From a bacterium (lineage in GTDB: Bacteria; Patescibacteriota; Microgenomatia; Levybacterales; UBA12049): a stretch of 64,000 nucleotides of DNA. How positions within the stretch are numbered: the stretch's first letter is position 1; each line of letters begins with the position of its first letter. This document shows, in pieces, positions 18,856-28,705 of this stretch. The position numbers were made by a program, and so were the translations under genes. The notes below the pieces were generated by a model. That model was not told the origin of the DNA. It worked only from the letters and a program-made list of their open reading frames with translations, and did not search any database. Location: positions 24,431-88,430 of the forward strand of contig JAJYDJ010000001.1 of NCBI GenBank assembly GCA_021777565.1, given 5' to 3'.

Positions 18856-19386
18856 ATGGCAGCAATTCACTTCTCAGCAAAACTTACGACCATTGGTTCC
18901 TGGACGATCTTGCACCTTCCTGTATCGGCCAGTGCCAAGCTCCCATCTCGTGGTATGGTCGTAGTGAAAGGCATGCTTAATGGCGTTCCGGTTATCGAGC
19001 CACTCGAGCCTGATGGAGTAGGAAGTCATTGGTTTCGCCTGCAGAAGCCACTTCTAGATAAGATCAACGCAAAGTCGGGGGACAGTGTGGAGATGGATAT
19101 GGAGCCTACCAAAGAGTGGCCAGAGCCAGAAGTGCCTGACGATCTGGCAAAAGCATTGAAGGAAGATGAGAAAGCACGCGCAGTCTGGGAAAGTACGACT
19201 CCTATCGCACACTGGGATTGGGTGAGATCAATTCGCTCGACTAACAATCCAGCTACGCGTCAGAAGCGAGTAGAAGTCGCCATCTCCAAGCTTCGATCGG
19301 GCAAGAAAAGACAGTGCTGCTTTAATCGCTCCAGTTGCACTGACATGACCGTGTGTACCAACGGGAGACTTGCAGTAACGTTATAA
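18856..19386 (+). CDS. DUF1905 + YdeI/OmpD-associated domain protein
   Basis: LPSRGMVVVKG, VPDDLAKAL, WVRSI...ATRQKRVE. Confidence 0.85.
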   Translation: MAAIHFSAKLTTIGSWTILHLPVSASAKLPSRGMVVVKGMLNGVPVIEPLEPDGVGSHWFRLQKPLLDKINAKSGDSVEMDMEPTKEWPEPEVPDDLAKALKEDEKARAVWESTTPIAHWDWVRSIRSTNNPATRQKRVEVAISKLRSGKKRQCCFNRSSCTDMTVCTNGRLAVTL

Positions 19387-19406
19387 ATGTGTGATATACT
19401 TCTCAT

Positions 19407-19799
19407 ATGAGTAACCCTGTCGTCCACTTCGAAATGCCTGCAAAAGATAAAAAACGTGTCGCAGATTTCTACACACAAGCATTTGGTTGGAATATGGTGC
19501 AAATGGGACCAGATATGGCCAATTACATTGTTGCCCAGACTAGTGAAACAGATGATCAAGGTATGGTAAAGACTCCAGGAACCATTAACGGTGGATTTTT
19601 TGATTATAAAGATGATGATCTCAATCGTGCACCACACTTAGTGATTTCTGTTGATAATCTTGACGAGAGTATTAAGGCAGTAGAAGCTGCCGGGGGAGAG
19701 ATGGCTGGTGAAAAAATGAATATTCCTGGTATTGGTTGGTATATTTCTTTCTACGATAGTGAGCACAACATCGTTGGTATGCTGCAGGCGACTCGCTAA
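19407..19799 (+). CDS. VOC/glyoxalase family protein
   Basis: VVHFEMPA...FYTQAFGW...INGG...DSEHNIVGMLQ. Confidence 0.92.
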   Translation: MSNPVVHFEMPAKDKKRVADFYTQAFGWNMVQMGPDMANYIVAQTSETDDQGMVKTPGTINGGFFDYKDDDLNRAPHLVISVDNLDESIKAVEAAGGEMAGEKMNIPGIGWYISFYDSEHNIVGMLQATR

Positions 19800-19981
19800 A
19801 CGCGCTTCTTGGTTACAAACTCATAAATCTTCCAATTCATAAATGCACATGCGGCAAAGATAACCAGGAAAAGTGTCATAACAGGCTTGTGAAACATCAC
19901 CAGATCAACCGTCTCAATAAGACAGAGTGTATTCACCCCAAAGGCGATGTATGCAATATGTTCCCACAATTGATCAGTCAT
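19796..19981 (-). CDS. Small two-TM membrane protein
   Basis: Hydrophobic ORF starting MTDQLW. Confidence 0.45.
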   Translation of the reverse strand: MTDQLWEHIAYIAFGVNTLCLIETVDLVMFHKPVMTLFLVIFAACAFMNWKIYEFVTKKRV

Positions 19982-20113
19982 ATATATTATTTTTTGATCA
20001 GCGTGGAGAGTTACCGACCTGTCGATAGGTCTGTAGAACACCTACTGAGAAGAATTATGGGGATACTGCGCAACGAAATCCTGTCTGTGACCTGATCTTT
20101 TTTCGCAATCTAC

Positions 20114-20488
20114 CTACTTTGTACTCAATTCCTTTTCGTAATTTGTATCAAGAATAAAGACTTCTAAAATTTCACCTGTTTTGGTACTCACATCACTGTG
20201 TGAGCTGACGACTGGATGATTGGTTATCGTACTCACTATTTCTCCCAATTGGGTCGTCAGAACGGTATGAAGTTGCTTCCTGATGTCTTTCACGATAGCA
20301 ACACCATTCTCACCCTCCAACAGCTTCTCCTCGATGGGGAGGAGTTTGCCTTTCAGGCGCAGAATAACCATATCCTCAACAATATAGATACGTGTCTCTT
20401 CAGGTCCTTGTCCCAGGGTCTGAACGTAGCACTTCGTTACTTGCTTTGAAATCTGGTCTTTAATTTGTCCAATAGTTAGTGTATCCAT
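20114..20488 (-). CDS. DUF2294 (MpsC-like) family protein
   Basis: LGQGPE...LLPIEEKL...HSDVSTKTGE..EVFILD. Confidence 0.85.
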   Translation of the reverse strand: MDTLTIGQIKDQISKQVTKCYVQTLGQGPEETRIYIVEDMVILRLKGKLLPIEEKLLEGENGVAIVKDIRKQLHTVLTTQLGEIVSTITNHPVVSSHSDVSTKTGEILEVFILDTNYEKELSTK

Positions 20489-20494
20489 AGTACG

Positions 20495-20574
20495 AAAAAA
20501 ACCAGCAACATTTGCGATAAATATTACTGGTCTACTCTTGAACGATTGAAATTCAATCTTCCAACGGTCAACCT
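20495..20574 (-). promoter_or_regulatory. Candidate DUF1646/Na+ riboswitch with overlapping intrinsic terminator
   Basis: Minus strand AGGTTGA...hairpin...CAAGAGTAGACC, then ACCAGTAATATTT/AAATGTTGCTGGT stem and U-run; TATAAT at 20582-20587. Confidence 0.65.
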
Positions 20575-20656
20575 AAATAATATTATACGGGAAAAAAAGG
20601 AAGAATTCAAGGAGAAAATGATGCATTATGATTTATTACTATATATTTTGATATTC

Positions 20657-21052
20657 TTATTGCATGGATGCCGCCAGATAGTAGAAGATAATTGCTCCTA
20701 ACCCCCAAATAGGCATGGTGAGAAAGCTAGTGTAGCCAGAAATGGCAAATCGATGGTATGTCCAGAGCTTCTGGCCAACCACTGACTCGTAAGCAAAGCC
20801 AATCAGCCACTCCAGTACCGGCCCTAAGAGTGCAAAGATGATAAAGATACGAATCGGGGTCATCCCGCTCAGGAGATAGAGGACGATCATAGCCAGAAGT
20901 GGCATAGACATCAGGTAGAGATAGCGAGAGAGATAAAAATGAGAGGGATGTTTGGCTTTGCCTCTGCGATAGAAGCGTGAGAAGATGCTTTCAATCATTG
21001 CACCACCGATCAAAAGTGTGACAAAGAGGATGAGCGTGGGCAGCGGCTTCAT
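20657..21052 (-). CDS. Small integral membrane protein
   Basis: 4 TM segments, LEWLIG...LWTY...PIWG. Confidence 0.7.
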   Translation of the reverse strand: MKPLPTLILFVTLLIGGAMIESIFSRFYRRGKAKHPSHFYLSRYLYLMSMPLLAMIVLYLLSGMTPIRIFIIFALLGPVLEWLIGFAYESVVGQKLWTYHRFAISGYTSFLTMPIWGLGAIIFYYLAASMQ

Positions 21053-21122
21053 ACATTTATGATAACACACTAGGAATGTGATCCACTTGACAAGTTTTTG
21101 TTATTTTCATTATCCTGAAGAG

Positions 21123-21572
21123 GTGCAGAAGATTACGCCTTTTCTCTGGTTTGAAAAAGACGCCTCAAAAGTAGCAGAGTACTACACTTCTATTTTCAGA
21201 GATTCCAAGATGTTAACCTCACAGGAGGTTCATAACACCCCATCAGGTGATGTCGAAATTGTATCTGTCTCACTTGCTGGCCAGGAATTTACGCTCATGA
21301 GTGCAGGACCGATGTTTCATTTTACTGAGGCTATCTCTTTTGTCATTAGCTGTGATAACCAGGAAGAAATTGACTATTACTGGGAGAAATTAACCGCGGA
21401 TGGGGGAGAAGAAGGACAATGTGGCTGGTTGAAAGATAAATACGGCGTGTCTTGGCAAGTCGTCCCAAATCGTCTTGGTGAACTGCAAAAAGATCCTGAA
21501 CGAGCAGGCAGAGTGACCCAAGCCATGCTCAAAATGAAAAAATTTATCATCGCTGATCTAGAAAATGCCTAG
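21123..21572 (+). CDS. VOC/PhnB (3-demethylubiquinone-9 3-methyltransferase-like) protein
   Basis: QKITPFLWF, FTEAISF, QCGWLKDKYGVSWQV; GTG start assumed. Confidence 0.92.
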   Translation: MQKITPFLWFEKDASKVAEYYTSIFRDSKMLTSQEVHNTPSGDVEIVSVSLAGQEFTLMSAGPMFHFTEAISFVISCDNQEEIDYYWEKLTADGGEEGQCGWLKDKYGVSWQVVPNRLGELQKDPERAGRVTQAMLKMKKFIIADLENA

Positions 21573-21573
21573 G

Positions 21574-21822
21574 CTATGTCTGTTTCATGAGCACATGAAC
21601 GCCTTTTGGCAGATGAGTTGCCATATATAAGGCGAGGAAAATACCCGCAAGCATAATAATAACTCCAATGCTGGTGCTGTTGAGTTCGAAGGTATCCCAC
21701 TTGAGGCTAAATGTGGCTACACCACCAATCCCAAGGGCAGCAACCCCAGCTCCAAAGATGGCAAGAATATTGCCAACCCAGATGATGGCAGTATAGGTAA
21801 TAGAGGATTTCTTTTTGGCCAT
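21574..21822 (-). CDS. Small membrane protein
   Basis: Two TM helices. Confidence 0.65.
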   Translation of the reverse strand: MAKKKSSITYTAIIWVGNILAIFGAGVAALGIGGVATFSLKWDTFELNSTSIGVIIMLAGIFLALYMATHLPKGVHVLMKQT

Positions 21823-21899
21823 ACTTTAGCATAGGGTGATTTTTTCTCATGTGTCAGTGACCTACTTGACAAGTTTTCTCCACTGCCGGCATACTGAGG

Positions 21900-22379
21900 A
21901 TGGATATGAAAAAAATAGGCGTTGTTCTGCTTGTTGTTGTCATTCTGGTAGGTGCTGCTGGCTATGTTGGCCGTCATAAGATCAAATCGCTTCTTGCTGG
22001 TCCTACGCCGACTCCTGCTCCTACTCATGCCATGATGCCAGTCGCTGCCCCAACCGATAATATTTATAAAACAGCAACTGATGCCAAGAAGGGAACTTAT
22101 CTTACAGATTTCCAGGGTATGACACTCTATGTCTTTGACAAGGATACCCCCGGGATGAGCAACTGCACTGGCAAATGTCTGACTCTCTGGCCAGTCTACA
22201 CCTCTGGAGCAACGGCACAAAAAGAATTCCCAGTACACATTAGTGTTATCACCCGCAGTGATGGATCAAAACAATTTGCCTGGGATAATAAGCCACTTTA
22301 TTACTATGCTGGAGACAGTAAAGCCGGTGATCTGACCGGGGATGGTATCGGCGGCATTTGGCATATAGTTACTCCATAA
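21900..22379 (+). CDS. COG4315 secreted repeat (Lipoprotein_15) protein
   Basis: GMTLYVFDKD..CTGKCLTLWP and PLYYYAGD..AGDLTGDGIGGIW. Confidence 0.9.
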   Translation: MDMKKIGVVLLVVVILVGAAGYVGRHKIKSLLAGPTPTPAPTHAMMPVAAPTDNIYKTATDAKKGTYLTDFQGMTLYVFDKDTPGMSNCTGKCLTLWPVYTSGATAQKEFPVHISVITRSDGSKQFAWDNKPLYYYAGDSKAGDLTGDGIGGIWHIVTP

Positions 22380-22411
22380 AAAAGAACTTCCTTTGTTTGC
22401 CTAACGAAGAT

Positions 22412-23467
22412 TTATAAGCGGTGGCTGCTTACCCAATTCTCGTACATGGTTGGATCTACTGGTGTGCGGACTCCTTTGGTGACGTCATATTGATAGGCTC
22501 CTGTACCGTCACTATCCAAGAAAGTCGTGGCACTATTCCAATATTTGGCACTGTTTGACGAAACAATTTGTGTCGCGCCACCAAACTGTACAAAGGTATT
22601 GGTCTGAAGATTGTAGACGGAGAGCATATAGGTTGGCTGTGTTCCTGCATACGTTACGATAATTGCATAGGTGCCATTTTGATTAACAACTGCATTTTGA
22701 ACGTGTTCACCCTTTAAAGAATCAGTAGTAAAGATCGTTCCCCAGTTGTTGCCTGAACCTGAGCTGAGTATGGTGCCATTACTATAATTGGCAAAAATTG
22801 CCCCCAAAGGTTGCACTTTGAGCGGTGTTTGATGGAGAAACGACGTTGCAATGCTGTCAGAAAGGGGTTCATCACTAGCTCGTGAGGTCTGTGGATAGGT
22901 AAAATTCACACCCGTTGCATTAAGAAGAAAGCCATTGGCCTGCTGTGCGCCGTTGGCAAATGCAAAATAGGTCGTTTGCATACTGCCAGTTGTTGGATCT
23001 ATCTGCACATCTTTGCCAATACCAGCAAATTTTGTGCCAGAAACTATGGTATATGGTCTGCCATAGAGCGTATTGGTTGTTCCAATTCCTGCTTGGTGTG
23101 TCAGGTGCATGGTCAGTGTTTGATAGGAGAGAGTCAGTGAATAGCAGTCGGTACTACATACCGCTGTGTCAGGGTCAGTGATGGTTATTTGTGCCCCTTG
23201 GGGGTATTGAAACGTGAGTGAAGGATATGCAGCATTAGTATAAGAAACCCAGGTAATCTGGGGCTGCTGTGCTTGTTTTGTGGCGTTGGGGTAGAAAAAG
23301 TGGGTAATGTTTTCTCTGAGTTGCGTGTTCACCAGTACGGAAGATGCCCCACCAACGATAACAACAAAGAAAAAGGTAGCGATAAGCACCACCACTCGTG
23401 AGGTATGTTTGTGTACCGGATGGGGCAGAACGGTGCGAGGATGTGGTGCTAAATTAATCTCTTCCAT
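22412..23467 (-). CDS. Membrane-anchored extracellular hypothetical protein
   Basis: N-terminal TM, WVSYTN..LTFQYP PsbP-like start, Thr-rich. Confidence 0.7.
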   Translation of the reverse strand: MEEINLAPHPRTVLPHPVHKHTSRVVVLIATFFFVVIVGGASSVLVNTQLRENITHFFYPNATKQAQQPQITWVSYTNAAYPSLTFQYPQGAQITITDPDTAVCSTDCYSLTLSYQTLTMHLTHQAGIGTTNTLYGRPYTIVSGTKFAGIGKDVQIDPTTGSMQTTYFAFANGAQQANGFLLNATGVNFTYPQTSRASDEPLSDSIATSFLHQTPLKVQPLGAIFANYSNGTILSSGSGNNWGTIFTTDSLKGEHVQNAVVNQNGTYAIIVTYAGTQPTYMLSVYNLQTNTFVQFGGATQIVSSNSAKYWNSATTFLDSDGTGAYQYDVTKGVRTPVDPTMYENWVSSHRL

Positions 23468-23547
23468 ATCTTTACGATAACATAGTTTTGATATGCAGAG
23501 GAACTATTGCTTATATCACAAATCTGGGTATATGCTGAATAAAGAGT

Positions 23548-24813
23548 ATGCGTTCACTCATCGCGTTCACCGGAAAGTTTTGGGAATGGAGAAAACAATA
23601 TAAACTTCTTTTTGCCTTGTGTCTGATGTTTTTCTTCTGGACGCTTTTTGACGGGACTGTCTCCTACATCACGCCACTTGCTATCAAACAAGCAGGTTTT
23701 TCTGACACACTTATTGGATTTATTATCGGGAGTTCATCCATCTTTGGGGCATTGTTTGACATGTTTTTAAGCAAATTCTTGAAAAGCACACACTTTAGAC
23801 GAATTTATCTGTTGATGTTTATTCTTTGTTTTGCCTTCCCAGTAGTTTTACTTATTGGCAGGACGCTTTTTATGTTTGTTTTGGCGATGGCCATCTGGGG
23901 ACTGTATTTTGACCTGATGAATTTTGGGACACTGGATTTTGTGGGCAGAAAAGCCGATGAATCTGAGCGCGCTGATCATTTTGGAAGACTCTCTATCTTT
24001 AAAGAACTTGGATATATGTTGGCACCACTGGTTGTCGGGTTAGTTATTGGCGAGTCAGATATCATTGGTGCACCGCCACTGATTCTTATGTGTATTTTCC
24101 TCGGTATATCAGTCCTGTTTTTTGTCGTGGTAACAAGTATTTCTAAAAAAGAAAAACAGGAATATATTGAGGATGAAAAACTTCGTATCCGTAATGTGTT
24201 TGTAGAAATTTATCTCTGGCGCACCTTCGGCAGAGCACTGTTCCCGGCACTCGTTCTTTTTACCCTCTTAAATATTTTTGATTCATTTTTCTGGACGCTC
24301 GGTCCACTTTTGGCAGAGTCTTATACCAATCTGCACCCTTTTAACGGCATTCTGTTGACGGTGTACACACTGCCGTCTCTTCTGGTGGGGTGGTTTGTGG
24401 GTAATGTGACCAGTAAATTTGGCAAAAGGAGAACTGCCTACGGTGCATTCTTCTTAAGTTCAGTTGCCATCGCATTTTTCTCCAGTATGCATAACCCCTA
24501 TCTCATCCTTTTGGATGTCTTTGTTGCGTCATCGTTCCTAGGATTCTCATTCCCAGCACTCAACGGGGCATTCTCAGACTATCTGGTCGAGAGTGCCAAT
24601 CGTGAACGCGAGATAGAGGCACTTGGCGATTTTTATACCAACATTGGATACGTAGTAGGGCCGATGGTTGCTGGATTACTTGCTGATAAAGTTGGCATTG
24701 CAGGATCGTTTAGCTACTTGGGTATTTTCTGTGCCGTGTGCGGAGCACTTCTTTTGGTCATGGCGCCGCGTAAAATTCATCCTCAAATTGTGGTTCCTCG
24801 AAGTATTAGTTAA
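23548..24813 (+). CDS. MFS transporter
   Basis: About 12 TM helices, VTSKFGKRR, GPMVAGLLADKVG. Confidence 0.9.
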   Translation: MRSLIAFTGKFWEWRKQYKLLFALCLMFFFWTLFDGTVSYITPLAIKQAGFSDTLIGFIIGSSSIFGALFDMFLSKFLKSTHFRRIYLLMFILCFAFPVVLLIGRTLFMFVLAMAIWGLYFDLMNFGTLDFVGRKADESERADHFGRLSIFKELGYMLAPLVVGLVIGESDIIGAPPLILMCIFLGISVLFFVVVTSISKKEKQEYIEDEKLRIRNVFVEIYLWRTFGRALFPALVLFTLLNIFDSFFWTLGPLLAESYTNLHPFNGILLTVYTLPSLLVGWFVGNVTSKFGKRRTAYGAFFLSSVAIAFFSSMHNPYLILLDVFVASSFLGFSFPALNGAFSDYLVESANREREIEALGDFYTNIGYVVGPMVAGLLADKVGIAGSFSYLGIFCAVCGALLLVMAPRKIHPQIVVPRSIS

Positions 24814-25268
24814 GAAGCAATGACTGGGATGTCATGTCGATAACGCTTCACTACCAATTGCAGCAGTGAGAGTATCCAAATAAGTGTGTTGAGTGCCTCA
24901 ACAAAGAGACAATACTGGCAAAACATATGTAACATTTCTGCCTGGACAAATATGAGTATGATCGATATGACCAGTGCCATACTTGTAAAGAAAAAAGTTA
25001 CTTGTGTGAGAAGACGTTGTCGTGTCTCGTGAGAGAGGATTAAAAGCGCTAATAGGAAGACATAATACAGCGCTCCAATCAATGCAATGGGAATGCCAAA
25101 GACAACGGCGTATTGACTGGTCAGAACAGTCTCACAACTCCCACTGACGGAACAAGGGGGAATAATATGGCGATAATGAACGATGGTTAAGTATGCTGCA
25201 TCCAAAAAAGCCAGAAATGCAAAAAATGCAGTAGCAAGAGTGATATGCGTACGAGTCAGCAGGTGCAT
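24810..25268 (-). CDS. Vitamin K epoxide reductase (VKOR) family protein
   Basis: CSVSGSCETVLTSQYA, CQYC active site. Confidence 0.93.
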   Translation of the reverse strand: MHLLTRTHITLATAFFAFLAFLDAAYLTIVHYRHIIPPCSVSGSCETVLTSQYAVVFGIPIALIGALYYVFLLALLILSHETRQRLLTQVTFFFTSMALVISIILIFVQAEMLHMFCQYCLFVEALNTLIWILSLLQLVVKRYRHDIPVIAS

Positions 25269-25304
25269 AGAGGTATTGTAGCACAGGAAGAAGACGAAAC
25301 GGGA

Positions 25305-25455
25305 TTGACGGATAACATCTCTCTACAGTACAATCAACATATGTTCAATAAAAACTTTACCTCCTGGATGCGCGGTCACCTTATTATTAAGGTTGGCTAG
25401 GCGGTGGGAGTAACGTTTTTTTTCTAGAACCTCCCACAACAAGGGGAGGTTTTTT
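25305..25455 (+). promoter_or_regulatory. Promoter plus leader-peptide transcription attenuator upstream of pepN
   Basis: TTGACG-18-TACAAT; ORF 25341-25400 MFNKNFTSWMRGHLIIKVG; GTGGGAG/CTCCCAC antiterminator vs AACCTCCC/GGGAGGTT+U-run terminator. Confidence 0.75.
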
Positions 25456-25459
25456 GTAT

Positions 25460-27931
25460 ATGAAAGAATTATCTTTTAAACCAACAAACTATCAGGTCAC
25501 ATACACCGTAGATTTTGAAAAATTTACTTTTTCGGCAGAAGAGGTAATGACATTTTCTGTAGTGAAAGCTACCAAGGTGCTTACACTGGATGTTGTTGCA
25601 CTCAGTATAGATGCCTGTCAATTTGAAGGTGAGGACATCGCATATGAAGTTGATGAAAAGAAACACACATTGACAATTACGCTGCCAAAAACATTGCCTG
25701 CAGGTGAATATGCAGTGACGATACACTTTTCGGGTGCATATAAGGATCAACATGCTGGTTGGTATCGAGCAAGCTATATGGCTAATGGAGAGAAAAAATA
25801 TATGCTGACGTCCCATTTTGAGGCAGCAGATGCCCGAAGGGCTCTTCCTTGTGTAGATCACCCAAATTATAAAGCCACATTCTCAATAACATTTGTGATG
25901 CCAGAGTCCCTGGAAGGACTTTCTAACATGCCTATCGCATCGGTTGAGGAGATAGGTAATGGTATGAAGCGGGTTGTCTTTGAAGTTTCTCCTAAAATGT
26001 CTACGTATCTGCTTTATTTGGGTATTGGAGACTTTGAATATGTAGAAGACGCATATCGTGATGTTATGGTGCGCGGTGTAGCAGTGAAAGGGAAGGCAGA
26101 ATATACAAAATTCGCCATTGAGGTAACGAAGAAAACATTGGAATTCTTTGAAGACTACTTCGGTGTGCCATATCCACTGCCTAAAATGGATCTGATCGCT
26201 GATCCCGACTTTGCGATGGGTGCTATGGAGCAGTGGGGCGCTATTACCTTCCGTGAAACAAGACTTCTAGTCTATCCAGGCAAAACCTCACTCGCCGCAA
26301 GACAACGCTGTGCAGAAACAGTAGCGCACGAGCTGGCCCACCAGTGGTTTGGCAACTTGGTAACTATGAAGTGGTGGGATAATCTCTGGCTCAACGAAAG
26401 TTTCGCGACGGTCATGGCATACAAGACTATTGAAGTGTTATATCCCGAATGGGATCTGTGGACAGAATACGTAGAAGATACAGTATTTGATGGCATGGGG
26501 CTGGATGTTCTAGCCTCCTCTCATCCGGTTGTGCAGCCTTTAGAGGATGTTTCAGAGGTAGAGAGTCGATTTGACGAAATTACCTATGACAAGGGAGGTT
26601 CAGTGCTTCGCATGTTGGAGGGATACGTTGGCAAAGAAGCATACAGAGAGGGGCTACAGGCATATATTAAGAAGTTTGCGTATGCCAATGCCCAAGGAGA
26701 GGATTTGTGGGGAGCAATTCAGGAAGCATCAGGGAAACCTGTCACACCTATGATGGAATCGTTCTTAACACAAAGTGGGTTCCCACAAGTACAATTCACT
26801 CGAGATGGGGATACAGTAATTGTGTCGCAGTCGCAGTTTCTTTTGAATCAGGATGTAGCTTCTGAGAAGATTTGGGATATTCCTATTTCAATAAAAGATG
26901 TTCATGGAAAAGAATATGCATTCCTTCTTCATAAACAAAAAGAAGAAGTACGTATCCCTGTAGGAGAGATAGTGGCCACCAATACTGACTATATGAATTT
27001 CTATGTTAGCTCTTGTGATGGAGCACTTGTGGAGGAAATGCGCAAGAATAAAGAGCACATGAATGCTAGAGAGAAGCTTGGATTTATCCATGATTTGGGC
27101 TTTTTGGCAAAAGGATGTGTCCTGCCTATGCTGGAATACCTGAATGTTATCGAGAATTTCTTTGGTTCAGAACAAGATCCTTCAGTGCTTGGTTACCTGC
27201 TTGGCCAATTGGAAGATTTGCATGGACTGGTACCGACCGATGCAGGAGAACGTCTACTTGGGCAGTTGGCACGAAGGAGTTTGGAACTATTTGGCTATCG
27301 TCCTAAAGAAGGGGAGTCATCACACGTTCCTGCGATGCGTATTGCAGCATTGTATATACTTGGGATGCAGGATGATACTGACGTCATTGACTTTGCAAAG
27401 CAGGCATTTGAAGAGTTCCTTATTGATGAAGCATCACTCCATGCAGATCTGAGAGGAGTAGTGTATGCGCTTGCAGCATGGCAAAGTAGCGAAAATCACA
27501 AAAAACTTCTCTCCTTATATAAGGAGCATGCCGTAGAAGAAGAGAAAACCAAGTTCCTTGCGGCACTGGGATACAGTAAAGAGGTAGACCGTATTCAGGA
27601 CGTGTTATCACTCGCTCTTACCCCTGAAGTTCGTTTTGTCAATCTAATTTACTTAAATCCTGCCTTCCAGCGCAATCCACACATGAAACCACATGCCTTC
27701 CAGTGGCTTGATACCAACTGGGACTTGCTTATGGAACTCAGTGGAGGAGGCATGGGACAGATGCTTCTGCGCAGAAATATGAAGGCAATCTTACCTGGAC
27801 ATAGCACTCGTGATACAGAAGAGGCTTTGTCATTCCTTGACAAAGTGACAACGCCAACTCTCCAGCAGGCAAAAAGAGAAGTGCGAGAAGAGATTGAGAA
27901 TATTAAGAGGTTTGTAAACTACAATAAATAA
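25460..27931 (+). CDS. pepN: M1 family aminopeptidase N
   Basis: GAMEQWG, HELAHQWFGNLVT, WLNESFA, YDKGG, ERAP1-like C-terminus. Confidence 0.93.
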   Translation: MKELSFKPTNYQVTYTVDFEKFTFSAEEVMTFSVVKATKVLTLDVVALSIDACQFEGEDIAYEVDEKKHTLTITLPKTLPAGEYAVTIHFSGAYKDQHAGWYRASYMANGEKKYMLTSHFEAADARRALPCVDHPNYKATFSITFVMPESLEGLSNMPIASVEEIGNGMKRVVFEVSPKMSTYLLYLGIGDFEYVEDAYRDVMVRGVAVKGKAEYTKFAIEVTKKTLEFFEDYFGVPYPLPKMDLIADPDFAMGAMEQWGAITFRETRLLVYPGKTSLAARQRCAETVAHELAHQWFGNLVTMKWWDNLWLNESFATVMAYKTIEVLYPEWDLWTEYVEDTVFDGMGLDVLASSHPVVQPLEDVSEVESRFDEITYDKGGSVLRMLEGYVGKEAYREGLQAYIKKFAYANAQGEDLWGAIQEASGKPVTPMMESFLTQSGFPQVQFTRDGDTVIVSQSQFLLNQDVASEKIWDIPISIKDVHGKEYAFLLHKQKEEVRIPVGEIVATNTDYMNFYVSSCDGALVEEMRKNKEHMNAREKLGFIHDLGFLAKGCVLPMLEYLNVIENFFGSEQDPSVLGYLLGQLEDLHGLVPTDAGERLLGQLARRSLELFGYRPKEGESSHVPAMRIAALYILGMQDDTDVIDFAKQAFEEFLIDEASLHADLRGVVYALAAWQSSENHKKLLSLYKEHAVEEEKTKFLAALGYSKEVDRIQDVLSLALTPEVRFVNLIYLNPAFQRNPHMKPHAFQWLDTNWDLLMELSGGGMGQMLLRRNMKAILPGHSTRDTEEALSFLDKVTTPTLQQAKREVREEIENIKRFVNYNK

Positions 27932-27934
27932 TTT

Positions 27935-28666
27935 CTATTTTTCTGATCCCATGACTGTATTCTTGAAGTCGTCATAGTTGGATGCATTCGTAATTGATTT
28001 ACCATTCACAAAGAAGGTCGGTGTTGCATTTACCCCTGCAGTCGTACCTGCATCTTCTTCATCGTTAATAAATTTGAGTGTACTATCAGCATTCATATCT
28101 TGCTGTAATTTCGTGGTGTCTAGTCCAAGACTTTGTGCATATTTCATGAATTGGGAAGTTGGATCGGGAAGTTCTGCCCATTCAGACTGGTGCTCAAAAA
28201 GGATATCGTTGACTTGCCAGAATTTACCCTGCAGTGAGGCGGCATACGCAAATCTTGCTGAGGCAAGTGCATTCTGGTGAATCTGGGTCAGTGGGAAGAA
28301 GCGATAAATAAAGTGAATCTTTGATCCTTCTTCTGCAATAAGTTGTTTTACAAATGGATGATAGGCCGCACAGGCTGGGCACTGGAAATCTGAGTACTCG
28401 ATGACCGTTATCTTGGCTTGTGCTGAGCCGGTCGCGATATCTTGTGCAGTAACGGCAGGCGCGGTCATGGCGGGCGCTTCTGATGGAGCAGTAGCAAGTT
28501 TATACAATCCAAATACTGAGGCAATAAGAACGACTGGGATAGTGCCCCATAGAACCCACTTTTTCATCTTTTGTTGCTTCTCAGATTGTTCTAATTTCTC
28601 TTCCCACTCTTGTCTCTCGAGTTTTCTTTGTGCTTTTTTCTCTGCTTTTGTCAGAACCTGATCCAT
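27935..28666 (-). CDS. Membrane-anchored DsbA-like thioredoxin-fold protein
   Basis: EYSDFQCPAC, FPLTQIH, GVNATPTFFVNG. Confidence 0.93.
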   Translation of the reverse strand: MDQVLTKAEKKAQRKLERQEWEEKLEQSEKQQKMKKWVLWGTIPVVLIASVFGLYKLATAPSEAPAMTAPAVTAQDIATGSAQAKITVIEYSDFQCPACAAYHPFVKQLIAEEGSKIHFIYRFFPLTQIHQNALASARFAYAASLQGKFWQVNDILFEHQSEWAELPDPTSQFMKYAQSLGLDTTKLQQDMNADSTLKFINDEEDAGTTAGVNATPTFFVNGKSITNASNYDDFKNTVMGSEK

Positions 28667-28705
28667 ACCCCAATAATGACAGAGAAAACAGGAGATTGCA
28701 AGAAG

